Positions 19,342-27,870 of a stretch of DNA of 64,000 nt are shown one piece after another (position 1 is the first letter of the stretch; every line of letters begins with the position of its first letter). The position numbers and the translations under genes are program-made. This DNA is from an uncultured bacterium. GTDB lineage: Bacteria; Oederibacteriota; Oederibacteriia; Oederibacteriales; Oederibacteriaceae. Under the pieces are notes generated by a model. It was given only the letters and a program-made list of their open reading frames with translations, made no database searches and was not told the origin of the DNA. The DNA is taken from positions 2,752,001 to 2,816,000 of the forward strand of contig OZ218778.1 in the NCBI GenBank assembly GCA_965112635.1, given 5' to 3'.

Positions 19342-21759
19342 TTACAGGACGACCTTGATCTTGAGGTCCAGCCCCAGGGACTCAAAGGCCTTGACCCATT
19401 TCTTCGCTTCGCTGTCCCCGCAATCGGCCTGGAGCTTGGTCGGCTTGTAGACCTCTTGCCATACCTCGTAATAAATGTTCTGGGCTTCCCACAGGTTGAG
19501 CTCCAGGTTGATGGACCTGAGCAGGCGCAGGATGTTCTGCATTTCGTTGAAAAGAGCCGTGTTTTCCGAGTGTTCCTTGATCTTTTTCATGAAATTGTTG
19601 ATCCAGCCGCTGGCCACGAAGCCCAGGGCTTTGACCCCGACCTTGAGGTTCCATTTTTGGGCCTCTTTGATGAGCTTTTCCAGCCTGGCGGTGTCGATCC
19701 GCTCCGTATCAAAAAGTTTTTTGAGGTCCCGATTGACCACTTCTTCGATGGATACGAAGAACTGGCTGGGAAGCGGGATGCGCAGGGACTGGAAGAAGTT
19801 CATGATGGCGTAATTGTCCTCGTAGATATGGCGGTAGGTGTCCTCGATCTCGTCGTAGGTCATCTGCAGGATCTGGTTAATGATCTTCCGCTGCTCGTCC
19901 GTGAACAGATGGCTGATGGAATAATTGTTGTAGCCGAAATGTTTGTCCATGAGCCGGATGACGTCGGACACGTCCCCTTTTTCGTAGGCGTTCTGCATGT
20001 CCTCTTTCATCGCCGTGAACTCCGCGTCCCCCTTGAACTTCCTGACCCCCGCGTTGATGTTATGGTCGCCCAGATGCAGGACCGCGTAATCAATGACTTC
20101 CTCGTTGAGGGTGATCTGGGACATGATCCGGGACTTGCCGATGGCCAGGCGGGACCTTCCGGCCCCCAGGCTGAAATACGACTCCTGCTTGGCCCGGTAA
20201 CAAAAGCTCTCCTCCGCGTGGCCTTCGCTGAAAAGGGCCGTGATGGCGTAATGCGCCCCGACCCGGAACAGGTCGGCCATGGCCGGCTTGGCGTACATCT
20301 CGTAGGCCTTGGCCCCGCTGGGGACAAGATTGCTGGGCGCTTTCTCCAGGTCCTTGACGAACTCCCCTTCCAGATTGACCCCCTGGATCTCCTCAATGAG
20401 GTGCATCACCCGGGCGGCGTACTGCATCACCTGCACGGTCTCGATGCCCGAGATCTCGTCGAAGAACCAGCCGCAGCTGGTGAACATGAGCATGGCGTTC
20501 CGTTGCATCTCCATCAATCTCATGGCCAGCGTCTTTTCGTCGCGGGTAAGCTCCTTGAGCGCGTTCTCCTGGAGGAACTTATCCACCTGCGCCTCATTGC
20601 GGTCCAAAATGACCTCGATATACCTGTCCCGGGCCTGCCAGGGGTCTTTAAAAAGCTTGGCGCTTTCCTGGACAAAAAGGATCACCCCGTAATCCCTGAG
20701 CCAATTGAGGGCCTCCCGGAGGGGTTTGCGCCACTCCTGGGTCCAGCCCGGATGCATTCCCGAGTTGCATCCGCAGTTATCCCGCCACCGTTCCACGCCG
20801 TGGGCGCAGCTCCAGGAAGAGTTCTCCAGGATCTCCGCCTGGAACTGCGGGGGATGTTTTTCCAGGTATTCGCCGTAATTGGTCAGCCGGGCCAGGTTGT
20901 TGGACTCGATGAAATGCAGGCAATAGGTCAGGGCCATCTCGCCGAACTGGTGGTGGTGGCCGTAAGTTTCGCCGTCCGTGGCGATATTGGAGATCTGCGG
21001 CTCATCCTCCCGGTTGAGGACCCCCAGTAGCCTCCTGGCGAAATTTTCCCCGTTGTTCAAAAGATCGCCGAACGCCACCTCATGGGAGATGTTGCCGTCG
21101 TAAAAGAACAGGTTGATGGTCTTGCCGGAGGGGAGCACGCACCGGTAGGCCCTCGTGGTATCGATCTGGCCGTTCTTGACCTCGGCCCATTCCCCGCCGG
21201 AAAGGGGCTTGACCCTCCTGGCCTGATGCGGGGCCAGCACCGTAAAAAGGACCCCCCGCTCCGCCAGCATCTCCAGGGATTCGGTGTCCACCGCCGTTTC
21301 CGGGAGCCAGATGCCTTCCGTCTCCCGGCCGAACCTCTTTTTGAAATCATACAGTCCCCAGTTGATCTGGGAAGCCTTGTCCCGGTGGTTGGCCAGAGGC
21401 AGGATCATGTGATTATAGACCTGGGCCATGGCTGACCCGTGTCCGGAGAACTTTTTCATGGAAAGTTTGTCGGCCTCCAGGATGGCCTCGTAAATGACCG
21501 GCTGGTGCTTTGCCATCCAGGACAACAAAGTGGGCCCGAAATTGAAGCTCATCTTGGAATAGTTGTTGATGATGCCGATGACGCGCTTTTCGTTGTCCAG
21601 GATCCTGGAAGCGGCGTTGGTCCCGTAGCATTCGGCCGTGATCCGGTCGTTCCAGTCATGGTAGGGATAGGCGGAATCCTGCAATTCCACCTCTTCCAGC
21701 CAGGGATTTTCTCTGGGCGGTTGGTAAAAATGGCCGTGGATACAAACGTATTTTTCCAA
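19342..21759 (-). CDS. GH57 family glycoside hydrolase with DUF3536
   Basis: IHGHFYQPPRENPW, WLPETAVD, ATDGETYGHH, SWSCAHGVERW, MFTSCGWFFDE. Confidence 0.92.
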   Translation of the reverse strand: MEKYVCIHGHFYQPPRENPWLEEVELQDSAYPYHDWNDRITAECYGTNAASRILDNEKRVIGIINNYSKMSFNFGPTLLSWMAKHQPVIYEAILEADKLSMKKFSGHGSAMAQVYNHMILPLANHRDKASQINWGLYDFKKRFGRETEGIWLPETAVDTESLEMLAERGVLFTVLAPHQARRVKPLSGGEWAEVKNGQIDTTRAYRCVLPSGKTINLFFYDGNISHEVAFGDLLNNGENFARRLLGVLNREDEPQISNIATDGETYGHHHQFGEMALTYCLHFIESNNLARLTNYGEYLEKHPPQFQAEILENSSWSCAHGVERWRDNCGCNSGMHPGWTQEWRKPLREALNWLRDYGVILFVQESAKLFKDPWQARDRYIEVILDRNEAQVDKFLQENALKELTRDEKTLAMRLMEMQRNAMLMFTSCGWFFDEISGIETVQVMQYAARVMHLIEEIQGVNLEGEFVKDLEKAPSNLVPSGAKAYEMYAKPAMADLFRVGAHYAITALFSEGHAEESFCYRAKQESYFSLGAGRSRLAIGKSRIMSQITLNEEVIDYAVLHLGDHNINAGVRKFKGDAEFTAMKEDMQNAYEKGDVSDVIRLMDKHFGYNNYSISHLFTDEQRKIINQILQMTYDEIEDTYRHIYEDNYAIMNFFQSLRIPLPSQFFVSIEEVVNRDLKKLFDTERIDTARLEKLIKEAQKWNLKVGVKALGFVASGWINNFMKKIKEHSENTALFNEMQNILRLLRSINLELNLWEAQNIYYEVWQEVYKPTKLQADCGDSEAKKWVKAFESLGLDLKIKVVL

Positions 21760-21790
21760 TTAATGCTCCTAGAACACAAGGAATATGCGT

Positions 21791-21825
21791 AAAAAAATAG
21801 GGTAGAGGCACAAGCCTGCTACCCT
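21791..21825 (-). terminator. intrinsic terminator-like hairpin in the GH57 leader
   Basis: Minus strand AGGGTAG-CAGGC-TTGT-GCCT-CTACCCT followed by ATTTTTTT. Confidence 0.65.
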
Positions 21826-21838
21826 TAAATTAACACGC

Positions 21839-21867
21839 ATTTTAGCACACGGCCCCGTGGCCCGCAA
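21839..21867 (-). promoter_or_regulatory. putative sigma70 promoter
   Basis: TTGCGG (21862-67), 17 nt spacer, TGcTAAAAT (-10 at 21839-44). Confidence 0.55.
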
Positions 21868-21883
21868 GACGAGGAGTCGGAGC

Positions 21884-22477
21884 TCATTTCCCGTAGTTGA
21901 GGATGCCGGTCATGATAAATTTCACGGCGATGGCCGCCAGGATCAGGTACATGATCTTGGAAATGAGCTTGGCCCCAAAATCTCCCAGTACTCTGAAAAG
22001 GGGGACCATGAAACGCAGGGCGAGCCAGACCATGAAAAAAACCAGGAACACGATGAAAGCCGCCATGCCCAATCCGTCCTTTTGCTGGAGTAAAAGCGCC
22101 GTGACGATCGCGCCCGGTCCCACGAGCAGCGGGAACGCCAGCGGCACCGCGCTGATCTCCGGTGTGGTCTGGCGCTCCACCTCGGCGCGGGAATAGAGCC
22201 TGAAGACCAGGCTGCGGATGGATAGGACCAAAAGGATCACCCCGCCTGCTATTTTAATATCGTTGAAGCTGATGTGGATGGCGTCCAGCAACTCCTGGCC
22301 CAGCAGGGTGAAAGCGAGGAGGATGATGAGCCCTATAAGCGGAGCCAGGTTGAGGGTGGCGGCTTTCTTCTTGGCGGACCAGTTGGCCATGAGGTCCATG
22401 AATACGGGAAAATTCCCTATAGGGTTGACGATGGCGAACAGGGTGAGCACGTCAGCTAAAAATTCGCGTAGTTCCAA
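21884..22477 (-). CDS. MarC family membrane protein
   Basis: LFAIVNPIGN, IAGGVIL, VPLAFPLLVGPGAI; six TMs. Confidence 0.92.
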   Translation of the reverse strand: MELREFLADVLTLFAIVNPIGNFPVFMDLMANWSAKKKAATLNLAPLIGLIILLAFTLLGQELLDAIHISFNDIKIAGGVILLVLSIRSLVFRLYSRAEVERQTTPEISAVPLAFPLLVGPGAIVTALLLQQKDGLGMAAFIVFLVFFMVWLALRFMVPLFRVLGDFGAKLISKIMYLILAAIAVKFIMTGILNYGK

Positions 22478-22499
22478 ATCCTAACCTCCCCAAGCCCGC

Positions 22500-23024
22500 T
22501 CAATCCCTTTTAAAAGGCTCGATATCCACGTCCAGGTTGAGCTTATCGCAGAGTTTGACCAGACTGTCCTTGAACTCCCTGAACGAAGTGTTCCCAGGAA
22601 CTTCGGCGACGATGTGCATGTTGAATATTTCCGTTCCCGAGTGCGGGGCCGGGGCGATCCAGGTCTCCATGCTGGCCACGTTGGCGCCCTGCGTCTTGAG
22701 GTGGTGGGTGATCGAGCGCACCAAACCCGGCGCGTCGTTGCCCATGATCCGGATGGCGTATTCGAAACGGTCCTCAGAGAGGCTCCGCTGGCTGACTTCC
22801 TTGACCTGCGCGGCCAGGCTCTTGATGCCGTTGACCTCCGCCGTCAGCCCGGCCAGGTTGGAGGCCTCTCCCGCTATCAGCATCAGCACCGAAAAATGGT
22901 CTCCCAGGATGGCCATGCGCGAGTCGGAGATGTTGAAATGGTTCTTGAACACGCTGCTGCTCAGCTCATCGACCAGCCCTTTGCGGTCCGGCCCGAAAGC
23001 GCTGATAATATAGTGGTTGGCCAC
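22500..23024 (-). CDS. tandem ACT-domain protein (GcvR-like)
   Basis: ISAFGPDRKGLV...NISDSRMAILG, then a second ACT domain GNDAPGLV. Confidence 0.85.
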   Translation of the reverse strand: MANHYIISAFGPDRKGLVDELSSSVFKNHFNISDSRMAILGDHFSVLMLIAGEASNLAGLTAEVNGIKSLAAQVKEVSQRSLSEDRFEYAIRIMGNDAPGLVRSITHHLKTQGANVASMETWIAPAPHSGTEIFNMHIVAEVPGNTSFREFKDSLVKLCDKLNLDVDIEPFKRD

Positions 23025-23131
23025 TAAAACTCCTTGCTCGCAAAAGTTTGTTCAGGCCTGTTAACAGACTCAACTCTACCATAATGTATTTCCCCTGAAA
23101 AGAAGCCCTTACCCGCTTTTGAACAAATCTC

Positions 23132-23160
23132 CTGCCATAGAACGGGTTTTGGGATAGAAT
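23132..23160 (+). promoter_or_regulatory. putative promoter giving a leaderless mRNA
   Basis: CTGCCA (23132-37), 17 nt spacer, TAGAAT (23155-60), ATG 6 nt later, no SD. Confidence 0.45.
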
Positions 23161-23166
23161 AACCAC

Positions 23167-25812
23167 ATGCAAAAAAATAGACTGCTTAAAATCTTTTTCC
23201 TCGGGTTCGCTCTGCTATGGATCCTTTCCTTATTCCTTGAGGCCCAGACCACCTATGCCCCGGCTATGTTCCCATTTGTCATTCCCTGGGATGACGCAAG
23301 TATGACAATCACCGATGTTTCTTCCTTAAACCCCGCTCCCCTGACCGAGCAGAGCCGGGTTGTGGCCAAAAACAGCCACTTTTTCGACCAGACTGGCCGC
23401 CGGGTGAAATTTTTAGGTACCAACTTCACCTTTAACGCAAACTTCCCGAATAAACCGGACGCGGAAAAAGTCGTGGCCCGTCTCCACAAGTACGGGTTCA
23501 ATATGGTCCGTATGCACCATATGGACTCCCGCAAGGCGCCCTTTGGGCTCTGGGACAAAGCTTTTCCGGACACCCAGCATCTGGACAAGGACCAGCTCGA
23601 CCGCATGGACTATCTAATTTCCCAGTTCAAAAAACAGGGTATTTATGTGGACCTCAACCTGCACGTGGGCAGGGAGTTCAACAAGGCGGACGGTTTTCCG
23701 GACACGGACAAGCTGCCCCGCCACAGCAACATCGTGACCTACTTTGACCCAAAGATGATCCAATGCCAAAAAGATTACGCCCGCGACCTGCTGACCCATT
23801 TCAACCCCTACACCAACTCTAAATATATCGATGAGCCGACCGTGGCCCTCATAGAGATAGACAACGAGGACACTTTGCTGGGCGCCGCCCAGAGCAAAAA
23901 CCTTTCCAGCCTCCCTCCTTATTATCTTGGCGCGCTCACCTGGCAGTGGAACGACTGGCTTATAAAAAAATACAAAAATACAGCGGCCCTTAAAAAATCC
24001 TGGAACATGCAAAGCGAAACAGGCCAGCCCAACCTTCTCGCCAACGCGAACTTCTCCCAGAGTGCCAACTCCTGGCATCTGGAAAAACACGCCGTTGCCC
24101 AGGCCCAGCTCAGCGTAGAGGACATTCCGGGGTCTGATCAAGTCCCGCTCGGCAAAGCCGCCCATATCGCCATCACCCAGCTGAGCGATGCGACCTGGCA
24201 CATCCAGTTCAACCAAAGCGGCCTTGACCTCAGCCAGGGCCAGGCCTACACCCTCTCCTTTTGGGCCAGGTCCGCAGCTCCCCTGACCATGCAGCTTTTC
24301 GCGGGTCTGGATAAGGAGCCGTGGGGCCACATCGGACTGGATGAAACAGTCAATCTCACCGGCGAGTGGAAAAAATATGTTTATTATTTCACCCCGGACA
24401 AGCCCCAGCCCAACCACAACCGCCTCAGCTTTGTCCTGGGCGGCGTTTTGGGACAGGTTTGGTTCGCCGACTTCCGCCTGATGAAAGGCTCCATCATCCC
24501 TAGAGAGGCTCATTGGTCCCTGCAGGCCAAGAATCTTGAACTGCCGGTTTCCTCCCTGTCCAGGCAGGGCCTGGACTACACCGCCTTTCTGGTGGAAATG
24601 GAAAAGCGCTACAGCCAGGGCATGCGGGATTATATAAAGAAGGAGCTTAAGGCCAAAGCTATGGTCACCTGCTCGCAGGCCAGCTATGGCGGCCTGGGTG
24701 GAGTTGATCGGGAATCCCAAATGGACTATGTGGACATGCACGCCTACTGGCAGCATCCCCGTTTCCCCCATAAACCCTGGGACCCTGTGGACTGGAACAT
24801 ACTTAACACCGCCATGGCCAAGGACGCTTCCGGAGGCACGCTCTGGCGTTTGGCTGCCTACCGTGTGGAAGGAAAGCCTTTTACGGTCAGCGAATACAAC
24901 CATCCCGCACCCAGCGACTACGCCTGTGAAGGCCTGCCCATGCTGGCGTCTTTTGCCTTGCAGCAGGATTGGGACGGCATCTTTTTGTTCGATTACAACG
25001 GTGACAGGACCAAGTGGAATAGCGATAAAATAAAAGGGTATTTCGATATCGACACCAACCCCGGCAAGATCGCCTTTATGCCCAGCGCGGCCAGGATATT
25101 TTTGGGAAGCGACTCAGCGGCCCAGCCATCCGCCAAAAAAGTTTTGGTCATTCCCACCGACAATCTCATCGAGCTTATTGCAGGCCAGGGTAAAAAAATG
25201 GAAGACCTTTGGCAAAGCCAAAATACATCCTGGACGGACACGCTCACCAGCCAGCTTTTCATCCGTCTTGTCTCCGCCAAAGGCTCACCGACCGTTGAGA
25301 CTACTGGTCCCGCTGTTGAGCTTTCCAGTCAGCCCGTTAACCTGGCCTGGCAGGACGGCCTCTATAGCTTTGATAACCCGGTCTCACAGGGCATCATTGG
25401 TTTCCCAGCTACGCGTACCGCTACCAGCAGCCCCCTGTCCATTACATCCGCAGACGCTAATTTTCTTACTTTAGTTTTAGCTAGTATGGACGGCCAGCCT
25501 GTCCGTCAATCCCACTCCCTTCTTTTGACCGCGGCGGGTAAAGTGGAGAACCAGAACATGGGCTGGAATGCGGACAGGACTTCGGTTGGCCGGGATTGGG
25601 GTATTGGCCCTACCCTGTGCCAGGGTATTAACGCCGAGGTGAGCCTTGAGACCGAGGCGGCCGCAGCCAAAGTCTACGCTCTGGACTCGACCGGCCAGCG
25701 CCTGAACACCGTCCCCTGCAGACTGGAGAACAAGCGCCTTTCCTTCCGCCTCACCCCGGATTACAAAACAGTTTGGTTCGAGATCCAAAGCTCTGCAACT
25801 TCCCCGCAGTAA
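23167..25812 (+). CDS. secreted glycoside hydrolase (clan A, GH5-like) with inserted CBM4/9-like module
   Basis: Signal peptide; NMVRMHHMD, IYVDLNLH, EIDNE (acid/base), VSEYNHP (nucleophile), QDWDG. Internal NLLANANF...WHIQFNQ...YTLSFWAR CBM. Confidence 0.85.
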   Translation: MQKNRLLKIFFLGFALLWILSLFLEAQTTYAPAMFPFVIPWDDASMTITDVSSLNPAPLTEQSRVVAKNSHFFDQTGRRVKFLGTNFTFNANFPNKPDAEKVVARLHKYGFNMVRMHHMDSRKAPFGLWDKAFPDTQHLDKDQLDRMDYLISQFKKQGIYVDLNLHVGREFNKADGFPDTDKLPRHSNIVTYFDPKMIQCQKDYARDLLTHFNPYTNSKYIDEPTVALIEIDNEDTLLGAAQSKNLSSLPPYYLGALTWQWNDWLIKKYKNTAALKKSWNMQSETGQPNLLANANFSQSANSWHLEKHAVAQAQLSVEDIPGSDQVPLGKAAHIAITQLSDATWHIQFNQSGLDLSQGQAYTLSFWARSAAPLTMQLFAGLDKEPWGHIGLDETVNLTGEWKKYVYYFTPDKPQPNHNRLSFVLGGVLGQVWFADFRLMKGSIIPREAHWSLQAKNLELPVSSLSRQGLDYTAFLVEMEKRYSQGMRDYIKKELKAKAMVTCSQASYGGLGGVDRESQMDYVDMHAYWQHPRFPHKPWDPVDWNILNTAMAKDASGGTLWRLAAYRVEGKPFTVSEYNHPAPSDYACEGLPMLASFALQQDWDGIFLFDYNGDRTKWNSDKIKGYFDIDTNPGKIAFMPSAARIFLGSDSAAQPSAKKVLVIPTDNLIELIAGQGKKMEDLWQSQNTSWTDTLTSQLFIRLVSAKGSPTVETTGPAVELSSQPVNLAWQDGLYSFDNPVSQGIIGFPATRTATSSPLSITSADANFLTLVLASMDGQPVRQSHSLLLTAAGKVENQNMGWNADRTSVGRDWGIGPTLCQGINAEVSLETEAAAAKVYALDSTGQRLNTVPCRLENKRLSFRLTPDYKTVWFEIQSSATSPQ

Positions 25813-25813
25813 A

Positions 25814-25850
25814 AGAAAAAAGCCCGGGACATGACCCCCAGGCCTTTTTA
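25814..25850. terminator. imperfect bidirectional terminator between convergent genes
   Basis: AAAAAAGCCCGGG...CCCAGGCCTTTTT; imperfect stem flanked by A and T tracts. Confidence 0.45.
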
Positions 25851-25880
25851 TAATCGGTTCCTATTTTGTTCTAAGGTAAC

Positions 25881-26222
25881 CTATTTGTTCCCTGTTAGGT
25901 TTTTCTTCAATTGCTTTTGCTGGCGCCGGAGTTGCCTGGCAGCGGCTTTCAGTTTCATGTGGTCGCTGGTCAGCTGTCCCCAGTCTTTCTTGAGCTGGGC
26001 CCTGTCCGCCTCCACCGCGGCCTTGTTGCCGCTGGCGATGTCGGCTTTCATTTTTTCCCTGTCAGCATTGAGAGCAGCCTGGTCGGCCTTGACCGCGTTG
26101 TGGTCTGCTTCTACCATCGCTTTGGTGACCGGGGTCACGCTGGAGGTCTGGGCCGGCAATACGGAAGCACCGCAAAATGTAAAAACTAAAATAACGAGCA
26201 AGAAAATTTTAATAAAATCCAT
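25881..26222 (-). CDS. small secreted coiled-coil protein
   Basis: Signal peptide, then heptad-like AD(H/Q/R)..(V/L)K repeats. ATG 26222 follows GGAGG. Confidence 0.65.
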   Translation of the reverse strand: MDFIKIFLLVILVFTFCGASVLPAQTSSVTPVTKAMVEADHNAVKADQAALNADREKMKADIASGNKAAVEADRAQLKKDWGQLTSDHMKLKAAARQLRRQQKQLKKNLTGNK

Positions 26223-26318
26223 ATCTTCCACCTCCATCCAGATGCTCTGCCTTACCAGGGCTCATATTTCATTAACAATCCAGCTGCTCATTAAATTTCG
26301 AAAAACTCATAGAATTCC

Positions 26319-27869
26319 CTACTCTTTCCGCATATTTCCATCCCAGGCCGTAAATTTATTGCGGGCTATCTGGCGCCGGGCTTGTGAAATATACACCTTT
26401 TTCTCGATTTTCTCCGGGTTCCACTGGGCCAACAGGGCCTTTTTCAGGCGTTGGGACGGCCCCTTGTAGCCCGGTTTAGCGTAAAGGTCCTTTAACTCGT
26501 CCGGGTCTTTGGCGAGGTCGTAGAGCCGGCATTCTGCCGTGTGGTTATAAACCAGTTTAAAACGCTTGTCCCGGATAAACGCCCGCGGATGGTTCCAGCC
26601 TTCGCCGTTACATTCGCCAAACACCAGCCCTTTCCCGAATTTGTCTTTTCGCTCCCATTTGCCCTTTCCCTCCAGGGCCGGCAAAAGGGACGAGCCGGAC
26701 AAAGGCAGGTGGGGCGGCAGTTCCACGCCGGCGATGTCCACAAGCGTGGGAAAAAGGTCGATCAAGGAGGCCGGCTGGGCCACCCTTTTGCCAGAGGGAT
26801 AATGACCGGGCCAGCTGATGACCAGGGGCACCTTGACCGAGCTTTCCAGCATCACCACTTTGAACCATAACCCGTGCTCGCCGGCCATCTCGCCGTGGTC
26901 GGACACATAAATGACGACCGTGTTGGGGTCATCCTTCACGACATCAATGAGCTTGCCGGTTATTTCGTCCATCTCCGTGATCATGGCAAAATAAGTTTCC
27001 CTGCACCTGAGAATGGCTTCCTTGGGCAGGTCCACCAGGTTGCCGTTATATCGCTGAATATATTTGTCGCAGGTGTCCAGGCCCAGGCCTTTGGTGTTGA
27101 CCGGCAAATCAGCCTTACCCTTGTAGGTTTCTAAAATATCTTTCCTGGCCTTCCAGGGTGGATGGGGCAAATTGATGCTCGCGCATATGGCCCAGGGTTG
27201 CCCGGCCGGTTCCTTTTTCTTTTCCTTCAAAATTTTTAGAGTTTTTTCCAGGACCTCGTAATCGCGCCGCGTGGCCGGCATCCGCTCCGGCTTGTCCGCC
27301 CCGGCTTCCATGATCGCGTCCCAGTCGCTTTTGCCTCCTCCGCTCCTGTAATCGTCGCTGCTGTAGGGCAGAGGCTTGGTCCAGTCGTGGCTGACGCGGA
27401 TGCCGTAGGAAAAGAACTCCTCGCCGCTGGACCCTTCGCCGATGGGCCTCTGGTCAAACCCGTAATATTTTTGGTAGCCGTTGAAATGCATCTTACCGAC
27501 GAGGGTCGTCTCATAACCGGCCAGGGAAAGGATATGCGCCCAGGTCACCGTGTCCTCGGGCATGGCGCAGGAATTGTCCCACACCCCTATTTCGTGGCAG
27601 TACAGCCCGGACATAAAGGACTGCCGGCTGGGCGAGCACAAAGGATAGGGACAGTAGGTGTTTTCAAAGACCACGCCTGTCCGGGCCAAACGGTCCAGAT
27701 TGGGCGTGCGGACTACAGGGTGCCCGCTAAACCCCGCGTAACCCGCGTTGTGCTCGTCCGAATTTATAATAAGGATATTGGGAGGCCTTTTGCTGGTCTT
27801 CCTGGGCAAACGCTCATACCCCAGCGCATCCCCGTAATATCTCTTATATTTCGAAAAATCCGTCGCCAC
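26319..27869 (-). CDS. formylglycine-type sulfatase (choline-sulfatase-like)
   Basis: PNILIINSDEH, CSPSR (CxPxR), GKMH, SDHGEM; no signal peptide. Confidence 0.92.
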   Translation of the reverse strand: MATDFSKYKRYYGDALGYERLPRKTSKRPPNILIINSDEHNAGYAGFSGHPVVRTPNLDRLARTGVVFENTYCPYPLCSPSRQSFMSGLYCHEIGVWDNSCAMPEDTVTWAHILSLAGYETTLVGKMHFNGYQKYYGFDQRPIGEGSSGEEFFSYGIRVSHDWTKPLPYSSDDYRSGGGKSDWDAIMEAGADKPERMPATRRDYEVLEKTLKILKEKKKEPAGQPWAICASINLPHPPWKARKDILETYKGKADLPVNTKGLGLDTCDKYIQRYNGNLVDLPKEAILRCRETYFAMITEMDEITGKLIDVVKDDPNTVVIYVSDHGEMAGEHGLWFKVVMLESSVKVPLVISWPGHYPSGKRVAQPASLIDLFPTLVDIAGVELPPHLPLSGSSLLPALEGKGKWERKDKFGKGLVFGECNGEGWNHPRAFIRDKRFKLVYNHTAECRLYDLAKDPDELKDLYAKPGYKGPSQRLKKALLAQWNPEKIEKKVYISQARRQIARNKFTAWDGNMRKE

Positions 27870-27870
27870 C

